Source of the DNA: Somniosus microcephalus
Taxonomy: Eukaryota
Direction: 5' to 3'
DNA length: 64,000 bases
Assembly: GCA_052327205.1 (NCBI GenBank)
Contig: CM126207.1
Coordinates: forward strand, 249,736,001-249,800,000
This document shows positions 62,155 through 64,000 of this stretch, one piece after another (within the stretch, counting starts at the first letter, position 1; the number at the start of each line of letters is the position of its first letter). The position numbers were made by a program, and so were the translations under genes. The notes beneath the pieces were generated by a model that made no database searches, was not told where the DNA came from, and worked only from the letters and a program-made list of their open reading frames with translations.

Positions 62155-63604
62155 GCAAATGTAACCCTACTATTCAAGAATGGAGGGAAAGAGAAAATGG
62201 GGAACTACAGACCAGTTAGCCTGACATCAGTCGTCGGGAAAATGCTGGAATCCATTATCAAGGAAGTGGTAACAGAATCATAGAATAAAATCATAGAATG
62301 GTTACAGCACAGTATGAGGCCATTTGGCCCATCGAGCCCATGCTGGCCCTCTGCAAGGGCACTTCAGCTAGTCTCAATCCCCCGCTCTTTCCCCATAGGG
62401 CACTTAGAAAACCATAATATGATCAGGCATGGTTTTATGAAAGGGAAATTGTGTTTAACAAATTTATTAGTGTTTTTTGAGGATGTAACTAGCAGGGTAG
62501 ATAAAGGGGAACCAGTGGATGTAGTATATTTGGATTTCCAAAAGGCATTTGATAAGGTGCCACATAAAAGGTTGCTATGCAAGATAAGGGGTTGGGAGTA
62601 ATACATTCGCATGGATAGAGGATTGGTTAACGGACAGAAAACAGAGAGTAGGGATAAATGAGTCATTTTCCAGTTGGCAGGCTGTAACTCATTCAGTGCC
62701 ACAAGGATCAGTGCTGGGGCCTCAGCTATTTACAATCTATATTAATGACTTAGATGAAGGGACCAAGTGCAATATATCCAAGTTAGCTGATGATACATAG
62801 CTAGGTGGGAAACTAAGCTCTGAGGAGGACATAAAAAGCCTGCAAAGGGATATAGACAGGTTAAATGAGTGGGCAATAAGGTGGCAGATGGAGTATAATG
62901 TGGGGAAATGTGAGGATATTCAATTTGGTAGGAAGAATAGAAAAATAGAATATTTTTTAAATGGTGAGAAACTATTAAATGTTGGTGTTCAGAGAGATTT
63001 AGGTGTCCTCGTACAGGAAACACAGAGAGTTAGCATGCAGGTACAGCAAGCAATTAGGAAGGCAAATGACATGTTGGCTTTTATTGCAAAGGAGTTGGAG
63101 TATAAGAGTAAGGAAGTCTTACTACAATTGTACAGGGCTTTGGTGAGACCACACCTGGAGTGCTGTGCACAGTTTTGGTCTCCTTATCTGAGGAAGGACA
63201 TACCTTCGAGGCGGTGCAACAAAGGTTCACTAGATTGATCCCTGGGATGAGAGGGTGGTTCTATGAGGAGAGATTGAGTAGATTGGGCCTATACTTTTGG
63301 AGTTTAGAAGAATGAGATGTGATCTAATTGAAACATACAAGATATTGAGGGGGATTGGCAGGGTAGACGCTGAGAGGTTGTTTCCCCTGGCTGCAGAGTC
63401 TAGAACTAGGAGGCATAGTCTCAGGATAAGGGGTCAGCCATTTAAAACTGAGATGCAGAGGAATTTCTTCACAGAGGGTTGTGAATCTTTGGAATTCTCT
63501 TTCCCAAAGGGCTGTGGATGTTGAGTATATTTAAGGCTGAGATAGGTAGATGTTTGGACTCCAGGAGAATCAAGGGATATGGGGATTGGGCAGGAAAGTG
63601 GAGT
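62155..63604 (+). pseudogene. CR1 ORF2 RT fragment (disabled), with an inverted CR1 tail nested at about 62275-62398
   Basis: NYRPVSLTSVVGK, YLDFQKAFDKVPH, RPHLECCAQFWSP; stops and frameshifts. Confidence 0.92.
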
Positions 63605-63737
63605 TTTTTTTAAATGTATTTGTTTACAGGTTGTGAGCGTCACTGGAAAGGCCAGCATTTATTGCCCATCCCTAATTGCCCTTGAGAAGGTGGTGGTGAG
63701 CCATCTTCTTGAACCGCTGCAGTCCTTGTGGTGAAGT
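63605..63737 (-). mobile_element. 3' tail of CR1-clade LINE
   Basis: GGCCAGCATTTATTGCCCATCCCTAATTGCCCTTGAGAAGG as in 7256-7297. Confidence 0.8.
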
Positions 63738-64000
63738 TACTGACTTTGTCGTAGTGGTTTGTTACAACTGATTCTTCTACTTGGATATTTTGGACCAGAA
63801 CCCTTCTTATCCCGCTGAACTTCTCTATCTTTGTATTGATCCTAACTATGTTGGGGTTGCCGTTTCCCAAATGTTCGCCTACTCTCATGTCAGTTATTTG
63901 CCCCACTTTATTTCCCAGAACTAAATCAAGCAATGCTAGATTTGGACTAAAAACATACTCATCTAGCAAGCTGTGCTGAATGCATTCTAAAAGGCGTTCC

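Larger units (their letters stand above)
60650..64000 (-). mobile_element. Old CR1 LINE in pieces (60650-61258, 62040-62155, 63740-64000)
   Basis: Minus strand LDLVLGN...GEHLG (endonuclease end); RRAKREYEKRLA|NIKRNTKCFYKYINSK joins across the MITE; SLTSVVGK and QHGF remnants at about 60740-60865. Confidence 0.75.

Overview
Eukaryotic, non-coding, AT-rich DNA, very probably from a cartilaginous fish (shark/ray). The inference rests on the repeat content: CR1 LINEs with (CTATGTTT/CTTATGTT)n tails, L2, RTE, Penelope ends, tRNA-derived SINEs and GC-rich PIF/Harbinger elements. No intact host protein-coding gene is recognisable; every recognisable ORF is a transposon fragment. The window has three parts: a TE-rich left flank (1-17.8 kb), an almost TE-free core of about 23 kb (17.8-41.4 kb), and a densely nested TE-rich right flank (41.4-64 kb). 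The core holds an octamer/RFX motif cluster and a well-formed minus-strand 108-nt exon candidate, which suggests a large intron or lncRNA locus with conserved non-coding elements. The most unusual signals are: (i) Harbinger-type non-autonomous elements carrying arrays of perfect hairpins and many consensus splice sites; (ii) a CR1 inserted head-to-head at the homologous position of another CR1; (iii) a circularly permuted L2 tandem; (iv) a Penelope palindrome with a variant hammerhead core. Family names are from pattern recognition, not database searches, and the boundaries of old elements are approximate.
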